Counted from the first letter of the stretch, positions 10,833 to 21,507 are shown. The stretch is DNA of 64,000 nucleotides from Candidatus Dojkabacteria bacterium (GCA_016929645.1 JAFGIK010000026.1:14288-78287), one strand, 5' to 3'. Numbers and translations: made by a program. Notes: generated by a model from the sequence alone, not told the origin.

Positions 10833-11090
10833 TTAATTGCACCAAGAGGAAAGAACTATCGCCCCGACGAGGGCGATAGGTAGGGCGAAGAGTGGGAAAT
10901 TCCATATGTTATGAGTTATTACCAAGCTAAGGGGCGCCCCTATGACCGCTCCAAGTGGGAGCAATGGTAACGTCCAATAGACCACTCTCTTTAGCCACTC
11001 GATTCGCTTCTCGCGGCGGATAGTATTGAGCTCAGAGAGCCAATGGCTAATGTTCCTATCTTCTTGACTATAGTCTTCGTTGTCGTCCAT
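10833..11090 (-). CDS. small two-TM membrane protein encoded in a GC-rich (about 50 percent) block, likely horizontally acquired
   Basis: ATG at 11090 with strong SD GGAGGTG 5 nt upstream (track uses GTG at 11096); codon usage GC3-rich unlike neighbours. Confidence 0.5.
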   Translation of the reverse strand: MDDNEDYSQEDRNISHWLSELNTIRREKRIEWLKRVVYWTLPLLPLGAVIGAPLSLVITHNIWNFPLFALPIALVGAIVLSSWCN

Positions 11091-11198
11091 ACTCACCTCC
11101 TATTTTTTTCAAGAGCATAATAATTATACCACACTATGGGGTGTATCTCAACAGGGACGAAACCGGGAAAGTTGCTCTGTGATCCACTCAATTCTTAT

Positions 11199-12047
11199 CT
11201 ACTCCTTTTGACACTGTTCGCAAATAAACGTATCCCTGCCAGAAAATTTATATTTTATGATCTTTGTTCCACATCTAGGACACTTTTTTCCATTCATTCG
11301 ATAAACGTTCATAAAATCACGCTCCTGTTCGGAAACCTCTACCCCACCCGTTTTCTCGGAAATAACTTCAATTGAATCATTAATTACTTCAACAATAGCT
11401 TGCCATAAAACCATAATCTTATTTGATTCAATAAGTTTTTTTACAGTGGTTTGTGGATGAATTCTGGCTTCCCACAAAGCCTCGTCTGCATAAGCATTAC
11501 CTATACCAGAAATAACCTTCTGGTCCATCAGCGCAGGTTTGATACTTGATCTTTCTTTATGCAATAAAGCTTTTTGAAAATTCTCCAAGGTAAAATCAGA
11601 AGATAAAGGATCTATACCAAGCTTTTGCTTTAGCATTTTTGAGTGTTTATTTTTTTCTTCGTCCTCAAGCTCAATTTTCATCCAGCCACTCCAATCCTTT
11701 ATCAATAGTGTTTTTCCATTAGCAAACGTTAATTTACAGACAAATTTGTCAAATTCACCAGAATCCCAACAGTAATCACCATGAAGCATCAAGTGAACAA
11801 CTAATGAAGAGCTATCTGAGAAATCAGGTAATTTTGATGATTTCTCTGGTCCAAAGTCAAAAATTAAAATCTTCCCATATCTTCTTATATCGAGTAGCTT
11901 CTTGTTTAGAACCGCTGTACGGACATCAGGAAACTTAGCATTTTTAATAACTTTTTCATTTTCCACCAGAATATCGCTCAAGGTAAGACCTTTAACAGCA
12001 CTCAAAATATTTCTTTTAGCAACCTCCAAATCAACAATTTCTGGCAT
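11199..12047 (-). CDS. formamidopyrimidine/endonuclease VIII family DNA glycosylase (Fpg/Nei)
   Basis: N-terminal MPE..., C-terminal zinc finger CPRCG...CEQC, 282 aa. Confidence 0.8.
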   Translation of the reverse strand: MPEIVDLEVAKRNILSAVKGLTLSDILVENEKVIKNAKFPDVRTAVLNKKLLDIRRYGKILIFDFGPEKSSKLPDFSDSSSLVVHLMLHGDYCWDSGEFDKFVCKLTFANGKTLLIKDWSGWMKIELEDEEKNKHSKMLKQKLGIDPLSSDFTLENFQKALLHKERSSIKPALMDQKVISGIGNAYADEALWEARIHPQTTVKKLIESNKIMVLWQAIVEVINDSIEVISEKTGGVEVSEQERDFMNVYRMNGKKCPRCGTKIIKYKFSGRDTFICEQCQKE

Positions 12048-12065
12048 GACTACAATAATTTAAGA

Positions 12066-13133
12066 TTATTTCCAAACTCCAGCTATCTTGGAACCACATT
12101 TCTTACAAATGCCCTTATTAATATCAAGACTTTCATGTACTCTAACCTCAACATAGTCTCGTTCCACCAATAATTCATCGCAATTATAGCAATATGTATT
12201 AAAGTTTTCATTTTTCCAGGAATTTTTGCTGTATACATAGTGCAGACCGGCCTTTTTTCCTATATCATAGGCCTTAGAAAGAGAATCTCCAGAGGTCATA
12301 GGTTTATCAAGTAATTTATAATCCGGATGAAAAGCTGTAACAAACCATGGAATATCGACACTAATATTTGCTATAAAATCGGCAATTTTTTTAAGTTCAG
12401 AACTAGAGTCATTTTCTCCAGGAATCAAAAGTGTCACTAACTCAACCCATATTCCTTTTTCATATAGAGTTTTTATATTTTCAAGTACTGGCTCAAGGTT
12501 AGCCTTACAATGTTTTCTATAGAACTTATCAGAAAATGACTTTATATCAATATTTGCTGCATCAATACAATCTGACATCTCTTCTATAACTTCATTTGTC
12601 ATGTATCCATTACTGACAAAGACATTTTTAATGCCTTTTTGTTTTGCAAGTTTAGCTGTATCTAAAGCGTATTCAGCAAAAATCGTCGGCTCATTGTATG
12701 TGTATGCAATACAATCGAAGTCACTTTGCATACAGTATTCAATAATTTGCATGGGAGACATATCATACCCATATTTAGTTACTTCTATTCCAAGATCTTT
12801 AAGATTATTCTTTTTTTGCAGTTTATGTTGCATCTCTTTGGAAAGTTGAGATATATCCCAGTTTTGACAAAAGTCGCAGCCAAAATTACAACCAAGGGTA
12901 CCGATAGAAAGTGCATTTGATCCAGGTCTAAAATGATAAAACGGTTTTTTTTCAATAGGGTCCAGATGAACAGCCGCTGCATTTCCATAGACAAGAGAAA
13001 GAAGTATTCCTTGGTGATTTTGCCTTGTGCCACAAATACCAACAGCACCAGGAGCTATCTTGCATTGCCACTGGCAAGCGGTACAGGTTACAAAATCGTT
13101 TTCATTTTTCTTGTAAAACCTAGCTTCTTTCAT
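12066..13133 (-). CDS. amrS: AmmeMemoRadiSam system radical SAM enzyme
   Basis: CNFGCDFCQNW radical-SAM cluster plus extra N-terminal Cys motif (CTACQWQC, GICGTR); start taken at MKEARFYKK (track start 13205 would overlap upstream gene). Confidence 0.8.
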   Translation of the reverse strand: MKEARFYKKNENDFVTCTACQWQCKIAPGAVGICGTRQNHQGILLSLVYGNAAAVHLDPIEKKPFYHFRPGSNALSIGTLGCNFGCDFCQNWDISQLSKEMQHKLQKKNNLKDLGIEVTKYGYDMSPMQIIEYCMQSDFDCIAYTYNEPTIFAEYALDTAKLAKQKGIKNVFVSNGYMTNEVIEEMSDCIDAANIDIKSFSDKFYRKHCKANLEPVLENIKTLYEKGIWVELVTLLIPGENDSSSELKKIADFIANISVDIPWFVTAFHPDYKLLDKPMTSGDSLSKAYDIGKKAGLHYVYSKNSWKNENFNTYCYNCDELLVERDYVEVRVHESLDINKGICKKCGSKIAGVWK

Positions 13134-13749
13134 CAAAATCACTTTCCTTAAAATTAAGAACAGTATACAAAGATACTTCAAATTTGGTTTGTAAATTATT
13201 GTCATCGCTTTCGCTCAGATTGCCGTTTCTTAATCGCCAGTAATCAGCATCAAGTCCAGCTTTCATGCATAAATGAGAAAGAAATGTTTCAGCATCTGCT
13301 ATTTCATCCCATACTTGTGGTAAAAAAGTCGCTTTGTGTGGGCCTGACTTAATAACAACGCCAGGATGCTCTTTTTCTAGTTTTGCTAGCAACTCATCAA
13401 TTGAAGAATACTTAAATATTTCAGGTTTGGAAAGTATAGAAATCTCAATTTCGAGTTCATTGATCTCATTTTCTTGAACGCTATTAAACCTTGGATCATC
13501 AAAAGCTGCAGCAACAGCATTCTCTGACACGGCATCTTTAATAGAATTTACAGCAAAGATATTACCAATACATCCGCGTAATTTGCCACTTTCAGTTAAT
13601 GTGACAAAGACTCCTCTTCTTTCATATAAAACAGGAAAATCCTGTTCTTTAGGATTTTCATTGAGGTTGGTTTTCATACCAAGTTTTTCCATAATGGCAT
13701 GTCGAGCTAGCGCAAGAAGATATTTTTGCTCTGACATTTTTAATTTCAT
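13120..13749 (-). CDS. amrA: AMMECR1-domain protein (AmmeMemoRadiSam system protein A)
   Basis: LRGCIGNI motif of AMMECR1; directly upstream of radical SAM partner. Confidence 0.8.
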   Translation of the reverse strand: MKLKMSEQKYLLALARHAIMEKLGMKTNLNENPKEQDFPVLYERRGVFVTLTESGKLRGCIGNIFAVNSIKDAVSENAVAAAFDDPRFNSVQENEINELEIEISILSKPEIFKYSSIDELLAKLEKEHPGVVIKSGPHKATFLPQVWDEIADAETFLSHLCMKAGLDADYWRLRNGNLSESDDNNLQTKFEVSLYTVLNFKESDFDERS

Positions 13750-13779
13750 AATGTTTTAATAAGAAATTATTCTGCCTGG

Positions 13780-14604
13780 TTAAGACTTTTCATCACTTAT
13801 AAATGCAATTGCTGCATATCCCACAACATGGTCATAGTCCCCTGATGATGAAGCCGAGGTATCATACTTAAGTAAAAGTGGCTTCCAGTTGTTTTTTCGA
13901 GCAATCTCAAGAAGTATCAGTATTGGTAATTTCCCACAGGCATTGCCAATCCTTTCAAATGCAGAAATGTCCAGAGATAAGATATGATTTATTGTCTGCT
14001 GGTCAATTTCTGTGGCAGATTCCTCTATCATGTAATGAGAAAGATCAGAACTAACAATCAGATAATCATTATTATTCATTTTATTGACTATCGATTTTGC
14101 AGCTTTTTGATAATCGACATCTCCAATTATAAGCGGAATTATTTCATACTTTGATTTTCCCATGACTTCCTGAATAAACGGAATCTGTACCTCAATAGAA
14201 TGTTCCCGTTTGTGAGCCTCGTTATCTTCAACAAACATATCCTCATCCAGAAGTTCAAAGACTTTGTTTGAAACTGTTGATGATGACAAGGGAGATTGCC
14301 ATTTTTTAGCAGTGGACACAATAATTTTATCAGTTACAACTTGATGAGATGGCCCCAAAATCCAAAAATTGTAAGGCAAAGAATTATCTGAATTCAACGA
14401 TTCCAAGGCTTTATATCCAGCTGCAGCAACTTGTGCTGAGTAGATGTAACCTGCATGAGGCACAATAAGCGCTTTTATTTTAAATGGATTTGAAAAAGGC
14501 TTAGTTTTCTTAAGAAAACTTGATAATAAAGTATCTAGCTCCTTTGAATTACTCGGATAAAAGCTACCTGCAAAAGTTGTAGTTCTAACTGGTTCTCTTT
14601 GCAT
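13780..14604 (-). CDS. amrB: MEMO1-family protein (AmmeMemoRadiSam system protein B)
   Basis: FAGSFYP ... VPHAGYIYS motifs of Memo. Confidence 0.8.
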   Translation of the reverse strand: MQREPVRTTTFAGSFYPSNSKELDTLLSSFLKKTKPFSNPFKIKALIVPHAGYIYSAQVAAAGYKALESLNSDNSLPYNFWILGPSHQVVTDKIIVSTAKKWQSPLSSSTVSNKVFELLDEDMFVEDNEAHKREHSIEVQIPFIQEVMGKSKYEIIPLIIGDVDYQKAAKSIVNKMNNNDYLIVSSDLSHYMIEESATEIDQQTINHILSLDISAFERIGNACGKLPILILLEIARKNNWKPLLLKYDTSASSSGDYDHVVGYAAIAFISDEKS

Positions 14605-15163
14605 TAGTCATATTAAATATACCATATCCCAATATTGTTATGATAAATAGTGAGCCAACAAGAAGAAGAGCAAAATTACCATCAGGTGTAAATTTCTCCT
14701 TAATATCATACTCTGATGATAAATAATCAATCACTGGCTGATCTCCAGAAATCCATTCATCCTTACTTATCACAAGAAACGGTACACCGATCTCATCCAT
14801 TGCCACTTCGTTATCTGAAGTATACTGAAGAAACTTATCATTAGCCGTGGAGTCCAAAGTTGTATTTCGGATATCAAAATCGCCCTCTAATCCATTTGTT
14901 TCAATAAAGCCTTTGACTTTAGCACAATGAGGACAACCTTCTTGAACATAGAGTATATACTTTTTTTCTGTATCAAAATTGTCAAAGGTCCCACCACTTG
15001 GATTTTCATCTGCGATATCAGAATCGGGATTTGAGTCAGATTCAGACTGATCAGAGACTGACGTATCAGATTGAGCATAGATCCTATTTGCAAAAGCTAA
15101 AGATGAAAATAAACACAAAAACAGAGCAAAAACCAAAAACTTATATTTAGTAGGATTCTTCAT
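14585..15163 (-). CDS. secreted/membrane-anchored thioredoxin-fold protein (CPHC glutaredoxin-like)
   Basis: Signal peptide, acidic linker, YVQEGCPHCAKVK active site, C-terminal TM; overlaps Memo start by 20 nt. Confidence 0.55.
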   Translation of the reverse strand: MKNPTKYKFLVFALFLCLFSSLAFANRIYAQSDTSVSDQSESDSNPDSDIADENPSGGTFDNFDTEKKYILYVQEGCPHCAKVKGFIETNGLEGDFDIRNTTLDSTANDKFLQYTSDNEVAMDEIGVPFLVISKDEWISGDQPVIDYLSSEYDIKEKFTPDGNFALLLVGSLFIITILGYGIFNMTNAKRTS

Positions 15164-15250
15164 TGAATGAAATAATTTTATTTTATTGTTAAAATGGTTC
15201 GTTACTTTATCAATCCGTAACCAAAAGATTAATTTTGCGTTAATTTATAA

Positions 15251-16216
15251 ATGACATTTGTAAATTTTGTAAATTACCTAATAGACACGATTATAGCATT
15301 GGCGACAATTACGGCAATATCAATTGTCGTAATAAATATGTTCTCAAGAAATATCAAAGAAAAATTACACACAAGATTAAGAACATTTATTAAAATGTTA
15401 AATATCCCAGCCATCTTCTGTTTATTGTTAATATCATACTCAGTACTAATCGAACCCTTTACTCTAGTTAAGGTCGAACAGGACATTGACCTTGAAGATT
15501 TCGAGGAAAATCCAACAAAGATAATATTAATATCGGATCTACATGTTGGCATATATCAAAATGGATCAAAATTGAAAAGTGTCGTAGAAGAGATTAATGC
15601 GCAAAAGGATGCAGATTATGTATTAATAATTGGAGATGTTGTGAACAGCACTGACAAATATTTTGACGAACTGGATGAGCTTGAAAATATTGATAAAAGC
15701 AAACAGGTGTATTTTGCTTATGGAAATCACGACTATCAAAAAGATGGAAATGACAAGATCATTGTTCCTGGACTAGAAGAAAAACTCATCTCATTGGACA
15801 TTATTCCGCTGAAAAACGAATACATTACAATCGAAAATGGGATAAAGATAGGGGGAATTCTTGATGTTTGGACAGAAAAACAAGATTATTCATTCATTAA
15901 TGATATTGAAGAAGAAAACACGATGATTCTCATGTGCCACAATCCTGATTGTGTTATAGAACTCAATAAAGACAAAGACCTGAAGAATAAAGTTGATCTT
16001 GTGGTATCAGGACACACCCATGGTGGAGAAATGCGACTGCCAATAATTGGATCCATCGCACCACAAGGACTTCCAACCGAACTACCAGATCGTTATGACA
16101 AACACGAACAAAACTATAACGGAATACGAATGTTTATAACGTCAGGTATAGGAAACATAGGTGTAAGAGCAAGACTTGCAAATCCTCCGGAAGTTGTAAT
16201 TTTAACAATTAAGTAA
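15251..16216 (+). CDS. membrane-anchored calcineurin-like metallophosphoesterase
   Basis: DLHVG, GDVVN, GNHDY, GHTHGG motifs. Confidence 0.75.
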   Translation: MTFVNFVNYLIDTIIALATITAISIVVINMFSRNIKEKLHTRLRTFIKMLNIPAIFCLLLISYSVLIEPFTLVKVEQDIDLEDFEENPTKIILISDLHVGIYQNGSKLKSVVEEINAQKDADYVLIIGDVVNSTDKYFDELDELENIDKSKQVYFAYGNHDYQKDGNDKIIVPGLEEKLISLDIIPLKNEYITIENGIKIGGILDVWTEKQDYSFINDIEEENTMILMCHNPDCVIELNKDKDLKNKVDLVVSGHTHGGEMRLPIIGSIAPQGLPTELPDRYDKHEQNYNGIRMFITSGIGNIGVRARLANPPEVVILTIK

Positions 16217-16860
16217 TGAATAAAAGATTAATCAGAAAAGGCATAACAATAACACTCATCATCATAGCAATGATCTTCTTTATGTCACCAGCTTTTATAT
16301 ATTTTTCAGAAAAATCACAAATATACAGCAACATCAATGATCTGCCCCAAAAAGATGTGGCAATAGTTTTCGGTGCTGGCATAAATTCAGAAGGAGTACC
16401 TTCAGATATGCTTAAAGACAGATTATTAACTGCCGTTGATGTTTACACACAAGGCAAAGCAAAGAAAATCCTAGTTTCAGGAGACAATCGGTTCGAGCAT
16501 TATAATGAGCCGCAAGCTATGTTTGATTTTTTAGTAGAACTTGGAATTCCAGAAGAAGACATCATTAAGGACTATGCAGGAAGAAGAACATATGACACAT
16601 GCTACAGAGCAAACGAGATATTCGAAGTAGACAACGCAATATTAGTAACTCAGGGATATCATTTACCAAGAGCACTTTACCTTTGCAATAGTCTTGGCAT
16701 AAAAAGTGTCGGTATATCAGCATCAAGACAAGAGTACAGATACGAATTATATAATAGTACAAGAGAAACGTTAGCTTTATACAAAAGCCTTCTAGACATA
16801 ATGATCTTAAAACCCAAACCGGTACTTGGTCCAAAATTACCTATCGATACTTCGAAATAA
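16216..16860 (+). CDS. SanA/ElyC-like DUF218 membrane protein
   Basis: N-terminal TM, AIVFGAGINSEG...ILVSGDN pattern of DUF218. Confidence 0.7.
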   Translation: MNKRLIRKGITITLIIIAMIFFMSPAFIYFSEKSQIYSNINDLPQKDVAIVFGAGINSEGVPSDMLKDRLLTAVDVYTQGKAKKILVSGDNRFEHYNEPQAMFDFLVELGIPEEDIIKDYAGRRTYDTCYRANEIFEVDNAILVTQGYHLPRALYLCNSLGIKSVGISASRQEYRYELYNSTRETLALYKSLLDIMILKPKPVLGPKLPIDTSK

Positions 16861-16910
16861 CAGACAAATAATCTCGATTTACTGAAATATTTCAAATTAT
16901 CTAGTTTTGT

Positions 16911-17249
16911 CTAACTGAGATGAGATTCTACAATCTTTTTATAATCATCCTTTTGGCGAAGACCAATGAGCTGATCTACAACTTGACCACCTTTGAAAAC
17001 AAGAACTGATGGAATACTCATAATATTATATTTACCCGCAGTTTCTTTATTTTCATCTACATTCATTTTACCAACAACTATTTTATCTCCCATTTCTTCT
17101 GCAAGTTCTTCAATAATTGGACCAAGCATCTGGCAAGGCATACACCATGCAGCCCAAAAGTCTACAAGCACAACTTTTTCAGAATTCAATACTTGATCTT
17201 CAAAATTATCATCAGTTAATACCATATGTGACATTACATTAATTTTCAT
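16911..17249 (-). CDS. trxA: thioredoxin
   Basis: 112 aa, WAAWCMPCQM active site. Confidence 0.85.
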   Translation of the reverse strand: MKINVMSHMVLTDDNFEDQVLNSEKVVLVDFWAAWCMPCQMLGPIIEELAEEMGDKIVVGKMNVDENKETAGKYNIMSIPSVLVFKGGQVVDQLIGLRQKDDYKKIVESHLS

Positions 17250-17413
17250 AATTTATTTAAATACATTGTATCATACCACTCAAAACTTGTACTAAAAAAA
17301 TATGTACGTGACTGTCAAAAAAACCTATATTGTAAGTATAATATTAGTATAGACTTAGTATAAAAAAAGAAGTAACATCAGCCACAAGGTCAATTTTTTT
17401 TAATCAGCAAATA

Positions 17414-18424
17414 ATGAAAAAAATTCTAGTAATCGGTGGAGGAACCGGCACTTTTGTAGTACTATCATCTTTGACACATGATCCAGAACTTGATCTTGAT
17501 GCAATAGTAACAGTTACAGATAGCGGAGGAAGCACAGGTAAACTTAGGGATCAGTATGGATATCTCCCAGTAGGAGACCTTCGCCAATGCCTTGTAGCCC
17601 TGTCAAATCTAAATGGTTATAACAAGATTCTCAGATATTTAATGGTTCATAGATTCGAAAAGGGTGATTTACAAGGACATAACTTTGGGAACCTTTTTCT
17701 TATAGCCCTTACAGACATTCTAGGATCCGAAGAAAAAGCAATCCAGTTTGCTTCACGTCTATTCCAAGTAAAAGGTCATATCATCCCCATATCTAAAGGA
17801 AATGTCGATCTTGTAGCCCATTATGAAGACGGTACAACTTTAGTCGGAGAAAAATATATTGATGAACCGGATATTGAAAAGCACGATTTATCAAAAAGAA
17901 TCATCGACCTTAAGATTCAACCGACAACTAAAATAAATCCCGATGCCCAAAAAGCCATTTTAGAAGCAGATATTATAATAACAGGACCAGGAGATCTATA
18001 TTCAAGCATTTGCTCAAATTTTGTTGTACCAGGAGCCAAAGCTGCCATGGTCAAAACAAAAGCAAAGTTCATTTATATTCTAAACATTATGACGAAATAT
18101 GGACAAACTACAAATTACACCGCATCTGAACACGTAGAAGAGCTCATCAAGTACTCTGGAAAAGTTCCAGATTTCGTAATCGTCAACAACAGGAAAATAC
18201 CGAAGGCTACTGAAAAAAAATATCAGGAAGAAATGGCAATACAAGTGATTGATGACTTAACCAAATTAAAGAAAAAATATGATTTTAAGATAATAAGAGA
18301 AGATTTGATCTCAAAAGTACAAACAAGAAGACTGAAGCAAGATAGAGTTAAGCGAAGTTTATTAAGACATGATAGCACAAAAATAGCCAAGATAGTTAAG
18401 CAAATCGTTGCAGGTAAAATGTAA
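17414..18424 (+). CDS. YvcK/CofD-family gluconeogenesis factor (UPF0052)
   Basis: ILVIGGGTG ... DSGGSTGKLR motifs. Confidence 0.8.
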   Translation: MKKILVIGGGTGTFVVLSSLTHDPELDLDAIVTVTDSGGSTGKLRDQYGYLPVGDLRQCLVALSNLNGYNKILRYLMVHRFEKGDLQGHNFGNLFLIALTDILGSEEKAIQFASRLFQVKGHIIPISKGNVDLVAHYEDGTTLVGEKYIDEPDIEKHDLSKRIIDLKIQPTTKINPDAQKAILEADIIITGPGDLYSSICSNFVVPGAKAAMVKTKAKFIYILNIMTKYGQTTNYTASEHVEELIKYSGKVPDFVIVNNRKIPKATEKKYQEEMAIQVIDDLTKLKKKYDFKIIREDLISKVQTRRLKQDRVKRSLLRHDSTKIAKIVKQIVAGKM

Positions 18425-18497
18425 ATTATTCTTTTTGTAAAATTTTCCAAAAAGTTAGGCTAAACTATTCTTACTGGTTTATTCCACTGACATTTAA

Positions 18498-19697
18498 TTA
18501 TTCCTCTGTCTTATGCTCAACTCTGGAATCTTCATAGGTCAAGATGTTAGACTCATCAAATTCAACATTCTGCAGTACCAATCTACTTTTACCATAAAGT
18601 TCAATTGTTGTATTTGATAAATCTGAATTCTTTATTGTCAGGATAGAATTATCGAATACTTGTATTTTGTTTGAATAACCGTCAAACATTTCAAATTTGA
18701 TATCATCAAAAGTCACTTCTGCACTACCGGAAATTATGCATTCATCGCAATATAGTTTGGATTTATTTATTCCTAAGTTAGAATCATCATATATATAAAT
18801 TTGACCAATACTGCCATCATTCAAGATTAAACTGTCGTCACCTCGTAGCAAAAACTCTGCCATCAATATGTTTGAATTTTGCCAGGATAAATCCGACCCT
18901 AAATCATCAAAGCTTCCATTGTTTGAATCAAATATCTCGGAAAGATTAATCTCTTTTTCATCAGCTAACAATCCATTCACAAGAAAAGAGACAACAACAT
19001 AGGAAGAATCAACAATATTTACATCATTACCTTTAGCCATAAGTATTTTATAAAAAGGGATATTTGAGCTTTTTGATTCGAATTTCCATCCGCTCTCAGA
19101 TTCGAGCTGCATATCAATATTTTCACCAGATTTTAAATCTTTAAATGTTTCTTTTTCATCAGAAGAAAAAGCTGGGATCAACGTCGAGTCTTCAATATAA
19201 ACTATAGAATTGCCGTATACTCTCACCTCTCCAATTTCGCTGTCATAAGCGGTAAGTTTTGAACGATTGTTCAATGTTATCCATGAATTATCTTTAATTG
19301 AAGAGTTTTTTATTTCAATCTGAGGATTTTTATCGTCTCTTTGAGATAGGGAGAAAAAGTATCTAAAATTTTCACTAGTGATCGATGAATTAACAATCTT
19401 AAGTTTAGTATCACCTTCAACAAAAAAACCAAATAGATTATCAGCTTTTGAATCTATTGAAACCGAAGAATCTTCTATCATTAACGACCCTTTATCGTAA
19501 ATTAGAACATTTTCGGATATGATTTTGTCTTCATTTGATATTTTTTCCTGGCCTTTTGCAATTTCCCAGCCAAGATCTGGAGAATACAGAAGGCCAAAGA
19601 GTACCATTCCGACAATAATTAGTAGCACAACAACAATATCTGTAATAGCGTGACGTTTAAAATTATCTGGAATTTTGAATTTGAAATTTTTTAACAT
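18498..19697 (-). CDS. hypothetical membrane-anchored beta-rich (possible beta-helix) protein
   Basis: N-terminal TM then Ser/Asn-rich repetitive beta-strand pattern; no family recognised. Confidence 0.4.
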   Translation of the reverse strand: MLKNFKFKIPDNFKRHAITDIVVVLLIIVGMVLFGLLYSPDLGWEIAKGQEKISNEDKIISENVLIYDKGSLMIEDSSVSIDSKADNLFGFFVEGDTKLKIVNSSITSENFRYFFSLSQRDDKNPQIEIKNSSIKDNSWITLNNRSKLTAYDSEIGEVRVYGNSIVYIEDSTLIPAFSSDEKETFKDLKSGENIDMQLESESGWKFESKSSNIPFYKILMAKGNDVNIVDSSYVVVSFLVNGLLADEKEINLSEIFDSNNGSFDDLGSDLSWQNSNILMAEFLLRGDDSLILNDGSIGQIYIYDDSNLGINKSKLYCDECIISGSAEVTFDDIKFEMFDGYSNKIQVFDNSILTIKNSDLSNTTIELYGKSRLVLQNVEFDESNILTYEDSRVEHKTEE

Positions 19698-19835
19698 TTT
19701 TATAATTTTGAGATTAGTAAATTACTTCTACGCGTTAAGTAAAAAATCCATTACAACAGGATACTATCACAATTTTAACTAAATTTTTATTAAAAAAAGT
19801 TTATAAGGAACAGTCAGTGATATAATTAACTTTTA

Positions 19836-20612
19836 ATGAATGCCGAAATACTCAAAATTAATGAAAAACTAATAATTGTTAACAAACCAATAGGACTACC
19901 AACAACTTACAAAAATGAAAATGAATCAAAATCTGATTGTGTTGTTAAACAAATTGGTGAAAAATATCCAGAAATCTACAAAGTGCATGGATACAAAAAG
20001 AATGAAGGTGGACTTATATATCGATTAGATAACGACACTAGCGGAATTATTCTATTAGCGAGAGACCAGACAACTTTTGATTATTACAAAGAGAAACAGG
20101 AACACAATAAATTACTCAAAAGTTACCTTGCGATATCTATTATCTCAAAAGAAGGAATTTCAGATATTTCAATAGTGAGCAAAGATAAGTTTGCTATCAA
20201 CCCGCAAAAAATAGCGGACGATTTACCCAGTTCATGGCCTAAAGATTTTTCACTAGACTTGATCGAAAATCAATCACAGGATACTTTTGGTACAAATAGC
20301 TCAAAGTTTGCCAAAATCGATATACCCATTGCACACTCTCACAAAAGCAGTAAACGAATGATAGCAGTGATAAATCCAGGTTATAAATTCAAAGGAAAAC
20401 CAATAGAGACTACAACATTTGTAAGGGTTATCAAAACAATTAATAATCAAGCTTTTATTGAAGCTAAAATTACAAAAGGCTGCAGACATCAAATCAGAGT
20501 CCACTTAAAATCCATTGGATTACCGATTGTTGGCGATAAACTTTATGCACCAGAAAATCAAAGACTAGAGAAAATGCGGTTGCACTGCTATATGGTTGAA
20601 ATCATTGATTAG
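19836..20612 (+). CDS. RluA-family pseudouridine synthase
   Basis: YRLDNDTSGIILLARD catalytic motif. Confidence 0.75.
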   Translation: MNAEILKINEKLIIVNKPIGLPTTYKNENESKSDCVVKQIGEKYPEIYKVHGYKKNEGGLIYRLDNDTSGIILLARDQTTFDYYKEKQEHNKLLKSYLAISIISKEGISDISIVSKDKFAINPQKIADDLPSSWPKDFSLDLIENQSQDTFGTNSSKFAKIDIPIAHSHKSSKRMIAVINPGYKFKGKPIETTTFVRVIKTINNQAFIEAKITKGCRHQIRVHLKSIGLPIVGDKLYAPENQRLEKMRLHCYMVEIID

Positions 20613-20737
20613 CAAGGCAAATCAGTTTATGTGACACAGCTTCAACTTATAATTAGAAGCCACAACCGATGGAAGAAAAGTGCGTACTGAAAGAAGACTA
20701 TTTCAATAAAATCAGATTTTCTACTTGTGAAAAACTT

Positions 20738-21376
20738 CTATACTTTTTCCCCACATTCTGGGCAAAACTTTGCATTTTCGGTTAATTTTGCTCCACATTT
20801 TTTGCATTTATCATCAGTTACCAATTTTTCCCCACACTCAGGACAGAACTTTGAGTGTGCCTTAACAGATGCATTACATTTTGGACAAGAGGCTTTTTTC
20901 ATATCATTCCAATCCTTTTCACCAAGATGTTTTTCTTCTTCAGACATTCTTGCATGAGCAAAAGCCTCTTCCTGGGAATGTTGAGCTTGGGCAGCTGCCA
21001 TTTCTTCACCAAGCTGAGGAGCACACCCTTTGCAAAGTCCACGCTCCTCGTTCCAACATACTTCCTTACAGACCCAGGTACCACATCTTTTACACTGTGC
21101 AAATTTTGGTGCGATCTCCTCTACTGCATCCTGAAGAGCTTTATCATGCTGAGGTCCAGCAGCCATTCTGTGAATATCATCTGAAGTTGCAGATACATCT
21201 GATGCTGCACCTCCAAATAAATTACCAACAATATTCAATGCCCCGGAGATAGCTCCTGTTGCGGATTTCTTAAAACTGCTCATATAGCCATTACCACATT
21301 TCTCGCAGATAAACTTGAATTGGTAACCAGAATCAGTTGATAGATCTTGATAATTATCAGTAAAGGGAATATTCAT
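20738..21376 (-). CDS. zinc-ribbon repeat protein
   Basis: Repeated CPKC/CPECGEKL zinc-ribbon motifs at both ends; explains nucleotide repeats seen on + strand 20727-20860. Confidence 0.55.
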   Translation of the reverse strand: MNIPFTDNYQDLSTDSGYQFKFICEKCGNGYMSSFKKSATGAISGALNIVGNLFGGAASDVSATSDDIHRMAAGPQHDKALQDAVEEIAPKFAQCKRCGTWVCKEVCWNEERGLCKGCAPQLGEEMAAAQAQHSQEEAFAHARMSEEEKHLGEKDWNDMKKASCPKCNASVKAHSKFCPECGEKLVTDDKCKKCGAKLTENAKFCPECGEKV

Positions 21377-21507
21377 AATTTTATAATTATTATCTAATTT
21401 AGCTTTGACAGAAACATTTTAACTTAAAAACCGAAAGCTTGCTATATTACTAACAATTTAACAGAAATTCAACAGGACAAAAGCACACACATTTAATAAA
21501 ATCTTCA

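Noticed and set aside
20727-20957. Plus-strand ORF with repeated SPHSGQNF units, looked like a tandem repeat element
   Set aside because: It is the antisense image of repeated CPECGEK zinc-ribbon codons in the real minus-strand gene 20738-21376.
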